From Anthoceros angustus (lineage: Eukaryota; Plantae; Anthocerotophyta): DNA of 64,000 nt. The notes beneath the pieces were generated by a model. That model made no database searches. It had not been told where the DNA came from and was given only the letters and a program-made list of their open reading frames with translations. This document shows positions 22,624 to 35,202 of the stretch, piece after piece. The stretch is taken from contig MU008182.1 of NCBI GenBank assembly GCA_010909165.1, positions 496,001 through 560,000 of the forward strand, written 5' to 3'. Position numbers and translations under genes: made by a program. Each line of letters begins with the position of its first letter. The stretch's first letter is position 1.

Positions 22624-24419
22624 GCCCCTTCCCCTTCCTCGTCTTCTCGACCCACCCACCACCCCGTCCTCCCCTTTTCCCGTTTCCTACACTCACCCCA
22701 CCTGCTGAGACAACGCTCAACGGCAGCGTCAATCGCCCTAACCCACCCCTTCCCTTTTGCAGCTGCAGCAGTGGCGGAGCACACCACTTGTACAGATTTC
22801 CACGCCCTCACTAACCTTATTCATCTGCTAGCCAGCTACCCAGCCAGCCAGCCAATTTTTCCACACAACTCCAGCTGCTTCCTTCTCATGGCCAGCCACC
22901 CACTACCCACCACGCCTTTTTACATCTCCCGCCCTTGCCTCTTACCTTCTCACACTCTCTGCCCGAGCCCGAGCAGGTTTTTGGTTGTCGGAAGGAAGGA
23001 GGAGGTGCTCGTTGCTTTGCTTTGTCTGTCTCTCTGTCTGCAGCAGCAGTGTGTTGCAAACCCAGAGCGAGGGGCTCTTCGAATTGTTTTTTTATCGTGG
23101 AACTTGGAAGCAGCAGACAAAGAACGACGGAGGGTATCGGATTGTATGATGGTGCTCCCTAGGATGCGCAATAAGTTTGTCCAGCCAGAGGAGAAGTTTT
23201 TGCTTTCACTGGCAGTGAGCAACCACAAGGTGTGTGCAGTTTCTTCAGGTATAGTATTGTGGTCACAGTGAATGGATGGTTCCAGAGTTCCAAACTGGAG
23301 CTTGTGATTCTCGGCATGTTTACTCAATGTAAATCTATCTCATCTTGTCATCATGGAGTGGAGTGTAGGTCTCTCCCTTACTACTCCACAGCTAGTGGAG
23401 CTGAATAATGGATGGATGGAAGGAAGGATTGCTTGCTGGTGCCTGCAGTCTTAATATTAGCTTTGATTCCTCCTGTCACCTGGCCCTTTTGTACTCATAT
23501 CCATGTACAGGTAGGTAGGCAAAACCAGCTGTAGGAAAACTATGATGGCCTATGATATCAGTTGGCGTCCTTCTAGAGACCTGATGAACCATGCTCATGA
23601 TGTTGAGCGCTTGTATCCTCATGGTGCAATCTCATGCACCCAATGCAACAACACAAAACACTTGTACTGTCTACTTTGTTGTACACGAATTGCCTTGTCT
23701 TTCCGTCCCGCGAGCTTGGACGACAATGACGCTTTCCCTTTCCCTTGCTGTCGCTTCGTTCGTGGGCACACTGGTGGTGCACCGCAACACAGCACACATG
23801 CATTACTCGTCAAAATCCTTGTATGTATGTACATACATATCACGCCGTACATACATACATGCAGGCTTGCATCCCTCGTCGAACACGTCGAACACACCCA
23901 CCATTATCTTGAAGTCTGTGCTCACAATATGTAACCGGTCCCTTTGAGTCTGATGAAGCAGACGCAATCAGTGGTGACCTTCTCAGAACAGGAGTGGCCT
24001 ACAGTGAAAGGAGCCAAATTTCTAGAGTCCTAGACTGCGGACTGCCACTGCCTGGAAACACGCAATCCACCAAACAGTGAAAACCTTGCTGGTACTAAAA
24101 AAGGGCCACATCTGCCACTTTTTGACGGCACCAAGCTCGTGAACGTCGTTCCTTGGGTCTCGCAGCCAAAGGCAAGTCAACATAGAGCATTGACGTGCCA
24201 GCACACGCGCACCCACGCACACACAAACGTCCTGACCCAGACCGGTAATCAGCTGCCTAATCAACTGCACAAAAAGAAACAGAAAGGAATGCATGACCAT
24301 ACGCTTGTACACATGTAGGTGTAGTACACAGGGTTCGAGGCTAATAAGGGTAGCTGTGTCCCCGTGGCCACTCTCCTTTTCCCAACTCCCAAAGACAAAG
24401 CGGACACTCTCCTCTGCGC

Positions 24420-27112
24420 TCATCTCAGGCTTTCTTCTAAAGTGAACGGGAGCTCCACAATCTGGTCGCTGCGCATGACTTTGAGAATCACTTTATCGCC
24501 AACTTGGTAGTCGTCTAACACCTTGGAAAGTTCTCCGGCATTCTTGATCTGCACCCGCAACCAGTGGTCACAATTCTGATGCCGATTTTTGTCCAGAAGA
24601 AACTCTGCAACTTGCCATGGAAAGTTTTTGTTGCTTACACTTGCGTCCCCGACTCCTACAATCACATCACCGAGAATGATGTTGCCAGCTAGCCCTCGCC
24701 TGGTTGGCAGCAGCCCCGCTTTGGCTGCAGCACTGGCATCTGGCACCTGGAAAAGGTTGCCGCCAGGAGAAACAGGAGGTTAGCATGGCTTATCAGCCAG
24801 ACAAAAAGCAGCCTAAATCACCCGGGACATGGGACCTGGGACCAGATCTCTCACCGTGATCACCAAAGCTCCGGTTCTGACATTCACCTGCTTAGCCACA
24901 GCATCCGGTGCAAACTGTACGTTCAACCCGGGATGCAAAACCTGCACAGCATCATATGATTTCGTTCAGAGGCGCCGCGCTTTCCAGCATTCCCACTGGT
25001 TGAATGGGAGCGCGGTAAAAGTCTCCCACCTTGCCATATGTGATCAGCTGAGGTACCAGCTTTGCGACCGCGTCGATGGGAATTGCAAAACCTACGCCGG
25101 CAGATGTACCTGACCAGAGCGCCTTCTTTTGTAAGTTTCACACACAGTGTCCCAAGCTTAAGTCAAGCCACAGCAATTAGATTGACAAGTATTTGGAACC
25201 TGTTCTGGTAAAAATTGCAGTGTTGATGCCGATCAGATTGCCGTAAGAATCCAGCAGGGGGCCTCCGCTGCCAAACAGATTCACAAACAAACCCTAGTAC
25301 CCGGGGCAAGACTCCAACGTTGGCATACACACTTCGAGATTCGGCAATACCTGTTACCAGGGTTGATGGCAGCATCCGTCTGGATGCCTCCACCTATTAC
25401 AACTCCTGTTTGGCTGTAAATATCTCTGTTCAACCCGCTTACAACCCCCACCGTGAGAGTATGGTCGAATCCGAAGGGGTTTCCAATAGCCAGACACCTT
25501 TGACCAACCTTCAGCTTTGATGAGGCTCCTAACTTGATTGGCCTCAGAAACTCAACCGGAGCATCCACCTGAAGGTCCAGGAAGTCAGATGACTGAACGA
25601 CAAGGCACGCCAAACACACTTGTTTCTTTGTCTGGTGAGGTCACCCCACCTTGACTACAGCCAAGTCTTTGGCCTTGTCTGCACCAATCAAGCTTGCTTC
25701 AAAGTTCTTTTGGAATCTGTCCAAAACAAGATACAACCTACATCAGGTGATATGCACTATGAATGACATGTTTGGTTTGCAGCCGAAAGTCAAGGAATGC
25801 TCCATTGCTGGTTACTGCACAAGCCCAGGGATGGTGAGCCGTCCATCTGCTTACCCGTCTGCCCCTAACAAAGTGACACGGGCAACTACTTTTCCACGAG
25901 CTGGGCTTTGAGAGAGTGCGCTTCCAATCACTGCTCCAGAAGAACATACAGGTCAAGAAAATAGTTATGAGCTTAAGAGCATCCAACGCCAATAACGATA
26001 GCTTAGTAGCCACAGCAACTCAGAAGAAGGCACTTGCCATGATAATTAGTCACAATATGCCCTTCCTCGTCCCAGATGATACCAGTTCCATTTCCCTCTG
26101 GAACCTGGAAAATAGCCATCGGTTTCATGAGGAAACATTCAGACAGCCAGTTACATCCGCTGAAACGATCTTTGAGAGTTTGGGACAAATGGTGTCACCT
26201 CTACAGAACCAGTCATGTTCACTTGTGGCCGCAATGTGACGTCGAAGATGTTCACTACCGAGTACGTTGTTCTCTCAAAGAGTTCTACCGTTCGCTCCTA
26301 CCAATGGCGCAGATATTCGCAGATGAAGGCTCGTGAACTGTCTGACAACAATCATCACACATCCAACTTCTGTCTAGCAAGTGGGATGCTATGACCGAAT
26401 TCTTTTGCAAAAACCAAGTTGATGAATCGGGTCAAGAAGAATGCACAGGTAATTCTATCGTACCATTGGGTTCTACTGTCCTGAGGATTTTTTTCGAAAG
26501 TGCGACATGTTTAGTATAGGAGAAACGCACCTCAGAAGGTGGGAGCCTTCCTGCAGGAGCAACAGGGGGTGTGACCTCCTCAATGGTAACTGTTGGATCG
26601 CCCAAAGCTCTTGCTTCACACATGAAACCAACAATGAGGACACAGTCAGTCAAAGCAGCAGGCGCTCATCGATTCATCATACCCACCGAGAGAAAATCGC
26701 ACATGAATTTGCAGATTCCAGGACCCACAAAATCCTTCACGATACCGGGGTAATCAAATGCACAAGTGGACGCCAACATTGCCAAAGCTCCTCCAGCAAG
26801 CAACCGTCTGCTGAAATGCCATGCTGTCTGCGAATTCGGCGAGCTGGGCGCTTCCTCTTCCCTCCCACGATTCCTGTCATCTCGCAGCTCTGCACCTGAT
26901 GCAGCATTCGGAACAGAGATTCCGGATGTGGTTTGTGTGGTTCTGGACCGCACTCGCCTCTCAGCAGGGACTGTCACCCCCGAACAAGCACATTCAAGCG
27001 GTACTAGCGTTGACAGCACGGTGGGATTCCAGAGCTGTTGAAATCGCAGACCCAAGCTGAGAGGGGCGACGCTGGTGGAGGCACAGAACGTGCTGGGAGG
27101 AAGAGGAGACAT
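24420..27112 (-). CDS. DEG8: DegP/HtrA protease of the DEG8 type (thylakoid lumen), multi-exon
   Basis: ALGDPTVTIEEVTPPVAPAGRL, IPEGNG-type motif with IVTNYH, KDLAV, GNPFGFDHTLTVGVVSGLNRD, QTDAAINPGNSGGP, PDZ part GNIILGDVIV; long bipartite targeting peptide. Confidence 0.93.
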
Positions 27113-27495
27113 TTTGTTCAAACAGTCCGCGAATCCACACCACCAGGTGTGTAGGGTTTTAGAGGCGTGCCACCTGTTACATATCTACGTCGCATTTTCA
27201 GGTCTCAAAACCGTGACTGGATGTGCCATGTCCTGCACTGGGAGTGCGGGACTCGTGTTTGAAATGAAGAGCTCAAAACTTGCAAAAGGCTCCTTATTTG
27301 GGACAGTCATCGTTTGTGCTATCTGTGCATCACGCACATATATGTAATGCACAGAAGGGCATGCAGGATGCTGCGGAACTACATCCACATGTGGTGCAAT
27401 GGTGCAATGTGGAAATATCTAGTCTATCAGTAGACCGCATATTTACATAATATGTCTAACCGTCGAGCGTCGAGCTTGATGGGTCGGGAATCGGA

Positions 27496-28179
27496 TCAGC
27501 TGCTGCAAAGAACAGAGGCGAAGGACGAAACGATAACACCAACTACGATGGAGAGAAACAGTGTGAAGAGTATCCATTTCCTCTTGAACTTGTTCACGTA
27601 GTCCTCGGTCGGCTCCTGGTACCTCACCTCGAACTCCAACTCTGGCACCGAATCCAACGACGTCCCCCTCAATGTCCTCAGCTTGTCGTTGGCCAGTCCC
27701 AATGTGAGCTTGTGACATCGTCGCTGATACTTGAAGCCATTTATCACTCTCAGAGTCTGCGACATGGCAATGTAGAACATGAAGCAAGCGCAGACGAAGA
27801 GGGCGATGGCAGTCCATGAGTGATGGCACTTGAGGCGGGGTGCCTGGATGACGCCCACAAACAGAATCGCCACAAAGATGAAAAAAAGGGCAAATAGCTT
27901 CCACAGCTTCTTCTTCTGCGCATCCACCTTCTGCTTCTTCTCCATGGTCTTCTCGAAGTGGGCATGGATGATGGACTGCAGAGCCTGGGTGGCTATCTCC
28001 CTGCTCACGAACACTGTGTTGTCAGCTTGCGCTACAGCGGAAATGTCCACTAGAGCTTCCTCCATGCTGTAAGCCCGGTGGTCTGCAGACTCCCCGTCAC
28101 TTGCTACCAGCTTCTCCTGCGAGTGGCGTTGGTCCTCCGAGACCCTGAAATGAGACATGGATACTGCACCACCGGACAC
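27496..28179 (-). CDS. Uncharacterised 227-aa membrane protein with 3 predicted TM helices; single coding exon
   Basis: Open 684-nt ORF; hydrophobic segments LWKLFALFFIFVAILFVGVI, WTAIALFVCACFMFYIAM and WILFTLFLSIVVGVIVSSFASVLC; C-x2-SW motif between TM1 and TM2. Confidence 0.75.
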   Translation of the reverse strand: MSGGAVSMSHFRVSEDQRHSQEKLVASDGESADHRAYSMEEALVDISAVAQADNTVFVSREIATQALQSIIHAHFEKTMEKKQKVDAQKKKLWKLFALFFIFVAILFVGVIQAPRLKCHHSWTAIALFVCACFMFYIAMSQTLRVINGFKYQRRCHKLTLGLANDKLRTLRGTSLDSVPELEFEVRYQEPTEDYVNKFKRKWILFTLFLSIVVGVIVSSFASVLCSS

Positions 28180-29006
28180 CGATCAAGTGCAGCCGGCACT
28201 GGTAGATGATGATCAGCTCATGAACCAGCGAATGCGTTACAAGAAACCTCCCCTGGCAGCAAGCGCAAATTTGCGCATTTGAACTGTCCACGACCACGTC
28301 CGCCAGGTGGAGTCGAATCTGGCAACAGATTGCAGGCAAATCGGGGAGTGCTCATTGAAGCTTGGTAATCATGACAGACGATCCCTTCTCCAGCTGCTGG
28401 CATTGGCTGTCATGCGGGAAGCGCACCTCGTTCATCATAGCCTGCACTTCGCATCAAGCTCGAACTCCTCAAATCTCATGATGGGCTGGTAACGAGCAAC
28501 CGGGCAGCACAAATGCAGATTGCGTAGAGCCTCGAACGATAAAGGGAGATGCTGCACCAATGCCAGCTGCTCTTCAAGCATGCAGGCAATGCTCTGGACG
28601 GCCTGGAACCAATATGGTACAATTATGCCGACGGCTAACGGATAGGTGGCTCTGACATGTTTTGGTCCAGCTCTTCAAATGCTCTGATGAAAGACTCTGT
28701 TTTCAATCCATTTACCTTTGAATTGCTGCTGGGGATAAGTACTGCCGCACACACTCCCATAAATAAGGAGCTTATTATTAACAGTCTACTTCAAGTGTTC
28801 AATCCTCAATCCAGGAGGGCAGATTCCGCCCTCAAAATGGGTAACCTTAAACAATTAACTATATCTAGCAGAACAAAATTTCTGGCAGAATGATAGGGCG
28901 AGAAGCCAACCATTCATGCCGTAATAAAGACTCTGAAGACCTGAGATATACGCTGGAACTGCCTGTATGCAGGAGAGCACTCCAACGTTTTCAAATCCGA
29001 AAACTG

Positions 29007-32000
29007 TCAAGCAAGAGTGACGTAAGAAGACAGAGCTTGTTTCTCCGCATCGGAGAGAGCAACCAACAGCGGTTGCATCTGATCTCTGTATTGTGCTAGC
29101 AGTTGGGTGACAGCCCTACCAATCCCAGCCTTCACCTCATCTGTGGTATCAGCTGATGCCACAACATGCGCAAAGATGGGAACCAGCTCAGGGACCAGGC
29201 GTAGGATCTGAAGCAAAGTAACAAGAAAGCATAGGATGAGAAGGGAACATGGATTTCGTTGCAGAAAGCGAAGACTGATAATCAAAGGATCCCCACCAGA
29301 CACTGCATTTTTGACCTGGAGGGGAAGCATACCTCAGGGTGGGATGAAAAAATAAGGTTGCACACACAACCGTAAACCACAGAAGACTCCTCAAAGTCCT
29401 CTTTCAACGGTAGAGACTTCACAAAGATGGGCAACACCTGAACCACCACACTCACACAAACAGAGTTAAAAAACATCACATTGAAGGCTGTGTCGACAAA
29501 CATCACATTGAAGTCTCTGTCAACACACAAAGGGGACATTGCCCAGCAAAAGATAAAGAAACGAAAGTAAACAAGTCCAGTACCTGATCCAAAGGAATAG
29601 CACGTGGGTGTGCTCCTATCATGCGGGCAACAGCTCCAGCTGCATTGTCTCGAACTGCACTGTCGGTCTCACCCTCTTGAAACAGGCGAGACAATCCTAA
29701 AAGGACCCGATCATAGTATCTGAACGTGAATCAAGGTTCCACTCACCTGAACACGAGGATCACAGCCAAAAAACAAGCAGAACGCTAATCACACATTTCA
29801 AGAGAGAGGAAAGGATACTGCAATGCATGATCTCCGCCATTTCTGCACAGCTCGCCAACACAGAAGGCTGCATTTCGACGGTTTGCTCCTTGTTTGGAGT
29901 TCAGCTCCTCCAAGGCAAGGGACATGATTGCCTACCACATGGTGAAACACAAAAGAAATGCTGTTACGTGCAGGAATATTGATATTATAGTGACCCAACC
30001 ACTCGCAGCCACGGGACTAAACACCAGCCTGCAGTACATCAACCCGGTTCACCAAAAAGTTGGTACAAACATTTCTGTACGACCAAGAGTATATTACCTC
30101 GAGATATGGTGCAATGCCGGAACCAAGCTCCCTTGCCACTTCAGCAAGACAAGCAACCGCCATAGTCCTATCATTGTTGGGACGTGATGGTTTCTGTGGC
30201 ACACATCAACAACACACAATGGCCTAAGGAACTACAAACAAGGGGAATTCTTGATTCAAACAAATCATACTGGATAGTGCCCTGTGTAATCCGTTTGAAC
30301 CAACAAGAACCTCAACCTTGCTAGCACCCTCTGTATTACTCACCGCAAATTTCATCAGAGCTTCATAATGCCCTCGGAACAGAATCTCATAAGAGGGACC
30401 CATGCATGATGCCATAGCTGGCAGGATATCAGTCACAGCATCCATCAGTATATCATCATGTTCTGCATCTTCATCGTTACCCTCATCATCTGAATCTGCA
30501 GTCTGCTGACAGATAGCACCCTCGCGCAGCAGCAGAAGCGTTGCATCTGAAAGAGGCCGAATGTCTGACACAAATCTACACATTAGCAAACAACTCGTAA
30601 ACAGCAAACATGAAAGTCTATCTCTACATGGAGCAGGCGCCTAGGGCCGCAATCAGGATCTTTATCTACTTACATTCCTCTACAGCACTGAAAGGAACGG
30701 ATTTGATCACATCAACAATGCTGGAACAAGCTTGGGCTACTGTCTCCTTATCATCATCCTCATTCATGGTAGCCAGGAACCTCTTCATCGCAATATCTGG
30801 TAAAGAACGAGCAGGCCATGCTCCACTTTTTCAGCTAATCAACTCTGTAGCAGCAACACCGACAAAAGTTGCAATGGACGAGATTACATACCAAGAACGT
30901 GCTTGACTTCAGGAGTTACACCCTGCATCCCCAATAGAGTTAGAAATTCTCATCCAAGTCAAACAAGGTGCTCAGCAACCACCATTGGACAAGCACATCA
31001 ACATGAAGAGGCATAGATCTACAAAACCACAACACAGCACTCACATTGCTGCTGGGAAAGGCAGCCTGAGTTGCAGTCAAGACATCTGAGGAGACATGCA
31101 AGAACCAAAAGTTAGAAACTCAGGAATTCTGGAAAGGTGGACACCAAGTCCACAGCTGATGAACATTGAAGAGTAACTAAGGACTTTTTTTTCTTTCGAA
31201 GAGTAGAAAACTGCATACGTTGCAAAGAAATGATTGCCTGTAGCCTCACATCCTCATGGAAATAATCGGAATGCTTAACGAGCACTTTCAGAGTATCTTC
31301 CAAATATCTGCAGTTCAGTTAAGGGCTAGCAACATGCTGAGATTAAGAGTCTAAGATGTCAGTAGGACATGCAAATGCACAGGAGAGGAACTGGAGCTAC
31401 ATAACTTGACACAGAAAATACACAGCTAAAACAAGGTGGTGTTAGGATACGGCATGAATGCTGCCTTTGTGTGCAAGGCAAACAAGCCAAGTGCTTGGGT
31501 TGCTGCAGCCTTCTCATCAAGTACGCCAGTGCGGACACTGAAATTGCGGACACGTTTTGCATCTGAATCTTCATCATCAGATGACATTGCCCCAAAACTA
31601 TTCCCCATTTCCTCCTCATCTGAATCTGAGAAGTCTATAGCCTCGCCATCATCCAGATTGCATGATGCTAGTGCCAGCGGAACCACACGAGGGAGATACT
31701 GATCCAGGGATGCCACAGATAAGATTCAAGTCAAAATGGTACCAGCCACTTCATTTTTGCAGGGAGCAAAAGAAAAACATTTCCAAGGAAAGATAAGATC
31801 ACCCACCGGCGCCAAGTCTGCTTCCAAAATTTCAGCGACATTACAAAAAAACCCATGAGTATATTCTCTCAATTCACTGTAATCCAGTTCAAAACCCTGA
31901 CATGCAAAATCGCAGAGAATTAGGAAACAACTGCCTGCTGCCAGAGTTGGATATCCACAAGAAAAAGTACAATGAAGGGGCAGTGGTGCAGCATACAGAT

Positions 32001-34340
32001 AAGGCAGCATCGATGAAGCTGGGTAGCACTGGCTGTATCAGAGCTTTTCCAATGGACACACCAACGATCCCTACGAGCTCAGTGGCCTTTGCACGGCAAG
32101 TCAATTCATCATCTTTTGTCGTTGTCATGTACATTTTCATAAGCTCTAGCACCTTCTCCGCGTAAGGCACGAAGGCTGCTTCAGCAGCAGCAGCAGCGGA
32201 TCCAATAGCAGACTGCATTCCACGACCAACAGACAGGTCCATGTGAATCCAATTTTAGGCAAGCCATGCTGAGAGTTATATAAAAACACGACATTGTAGA
32301 AGAAAACAGTCAGAAATACATATACCATGCAGGTCTCCTGCACATCCTTGCGACTGCTGGGTAACCCAGCTATCAGCGTTTCCATTAGGGGACCAAGGTA
32401 GGGCAAAATCTCCTGACCCAGATGCTCACAGAAAGCAGCAAGAGCATAATATGCTTTCTCCTGCAATTAACAGCACATCGAAATCAGCCAGGGGATGTCT
32501 GAACGTATACACGTATCAACAACTGCAGTGTTGGAAAAATGACAGCTTGCAAAACATACCTGTACTTCAGGAGATGAATCGCCAAGTACACTGAAAATTG
32601 CTGGAAGGATTGTTGCATAGTGCTCACATATCTCTGGCTGCAAATGTTCTGCATACTGGCCCAAAGTGAAACTAGCTGCCCCTCGAACAGCTTGGTGCGG
32701 ATCCTTGAGGGCCTCTAGCACTAACGGGAGTACTTGTGGCAGCCTTTCTTTCATTGCTTCGAAACAGCCCTCTGATATCACAGCTAGAGCCATCATGGCC
32801 GCTTGACGATAGTGCCAGTCCGGATTATGACAGTTTGAAACTGAAAAGTTCAGCACTGATGGGAAGACATGTTTTTTGGGTAGGCTCAAGGCCATAGTGT
32901 CCAAAACCTCTGCAGCAGCTCGATCTGCAGTGTCCTCCTCAGTAGTCTCCTCACCCTGTTCAGCTAATATAAGGAATGTGACGGAAAGAATTGGATCAAC
33001 CAACTTATGCTTGACCACAGTCTTGGGCTTGAATTTTGTTATTCCAACAATGAGCTGCATAGCCTGTTTGAACACAAGGGACAGGATGTTGGTTTCCTCA
33101 GAAATTTGCGGCAAACATTTCAGCACTGCAATTCCTCCTGCTTACCGAATCCCGAGTCTGGAATTCGAGTTGCTTGTTGGAGCAAACCTCCAGAGCAAAC
33201 ATGACAATAACTCCTACAGCTGGACCCAGTATAGGTGCCGGTGACTCCACAAGATCGTCAAATATTTCAAAAGCCAGGGTAGCCACTTCCTCCTCGCCAT
33301 TGGCAAGGCACATTCGGGCCACGTTCAGAATGGGGTGAATCAGCTCCCTGAACAGAACCTGCAAAGGTAATTCCAAGATCAGACCGTGACAAAGTTTTAG
33401 GAAGCCTAAAAGCCAATTTTTAGCACCACCGGCAACGACATAGGAGAAAAAGCTCATGGATTACCACTTCGTCGCCCTCTTCAATGTAACCCACAAGAGC
33501 TTCTACTGCCCTGCCACAGATTGGTGGAACAAAAAAACCAGCTGCCATAAGATTGACAGCCAGTCAAAGCTGCTCCCCAAGGAACGCACGTAAACGATAT
33601 TCAAAGTAAACTTCTGAGAGCCTCACCGCAAGGCCGCGACACGAACTCGATGGCTATGGGGATCATTCAGGCCATTAACAAAGATCGACTTCAAGGTTCC
33701 AAAATGTGGTCTCAAGGTTGTGCCAATAGTTTCCGTCAGGGAGCTGAACAAAATCAAGGAGACCTGGACAAGGTTCATACAGTGAGGTGTGATTTCAAGG
33801 CATTGGTGTGACGCCGAAAAGGCAGAAAGAACGGCAATGCAACTCACTTCACGATGATCCTCCTGAGGGCTTTGGCTGCACTGGAACAAGAAGGGCAGCA
33901 ATTCTGGCCACTCTCCGCCGGGCACAGTATGTTTGGCCACCACACTCGCTACGTTTGCGCTGGCTCGCCTGACCGGTGAACTGCATACAACCCACTGGGG
34001 CTTGAGAAGCTGACAGAGAGCATGGTACCCCTCCATCAAGAATCTAGAGATCTTACAAGTCAACTCACCTCTGCTCCTGAGAGATGCTCTCCAACAGAGT
34101 GGACTTGACGGAGTCGCGCACTTGCGGTGTCAGCTTCATCCAGTGGCCTGTGATTTTTTTGCGCATCAGCACGGCGGCAAGCTGCCTGACATTCTCGGAT
34201 TGCGCGGTGCGCAAATGGTGCAGCAGTGCCGGGATCAGCTGTGGATCCTTGGCAAACCGCCGAATCTGTTCCTCTGCTGCGTTGCGTGCGTTGTTGTCTG
34301 GAACCAGAAATTGCAGCAACAAAAATTCCAAATTTTCCAT
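29007..34340 (-). CDS. IMB4: Importin-4 (importin-beta family, HEAT repeats), multi-exon
   Basis: N-terminus LEFLLLQFLVPDNNARNAAEEQIRRFAKDP...VRQLAAVLMRKKITGHW, GEWPELLPFLFQCSQS, acidic loop DSDEEE...VRTGVLDEKAAATQALG, DNAAGAVARMI, LPLKEDFEES. Confidence 0.93.
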
Positions 34341-35202
34341 GCTGCCAATCCGATCTCAGACGGTGCAGAGCGTCCGGGGAGTGAGTACGTGAGCACAGGT
34401 CATCAATGGATCACCAAACTAGCGCACCGCCAAAGCTCGGATTATCCCAGACCGCCGGGATCAAGATGGCAATGCGGAGGCACACGCAGAGGGAGAGCAA
34501 CAACGCAACGTGTGGCCGGCCATCTGCATATGTAGGCGGAGGGTTTCACTAGAGAGCAAACCCCAAAACTTCCTCCGGCGCCCTCCTTCTAAGAACAGTT
34601 GGCTTCCCTTTGCACTACTTCAGGAGTCACTTTTGTGTGATAGCCGCCCGAACATGCGGCACACGACTCGCGATCAGGGTTTGGTGAGAGGTGGGTGCTT
34701 CACACCTTCTGAAATCTGACCTGCCTCAAGCAAGACAGCAGCTTAAATCTGGCTGCGCGCGTTGCCGAAGTTTCTCAGCCGCTTACAGATTCATTGTGTG
34801 GAGCGATTAAGGGGGCTGAACGCGGGTCTCGGAGTTAATCGCTTGGCCCCAACCTCAAATTTCCTAGACTGGTGTTGTGAGAATTGAAGATTGGTGGTGA
34901 GGGTGTAGCAACCCCCACCTATTCTATTCTGCTGCGCATCACGTCTCTGACTATCGGGTGTCTGGGAATTCGGGCCATGCCTGGCGCATGACTGTCCTGG
35001 GAATGGCCGCGCCTGCCTAGCGTGCGCATAAATGAGGGATGCGTGGAGCAGGCTTGTTACTGGGAGTTGTCCCAGCTTGTCTAAACTGTGGCACAGCAGT
35101 CGAGCGCTTGGAGCTTTGTGCCAGCTGATTGTGAATGGTGAGCAGGCTTGGGGTTGTTCGACTTCTCTCTTGTGTGTTTGAGAGCTGCGGGGACGTTCTG
35201 AG

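Noticed and set aside
21493-22662. 389-aa antisense ORF over GRAS1
   Set aside because: Shadow ORF expected from strong GC3 bias; no recognisable domain
23821-23858. Short hairpin GTATGTATGTAC...GTACATACATAC as a miRNA precursor
   Set aside because: A 12-bp stem made from inverted (TATG)n microsatellite; too short
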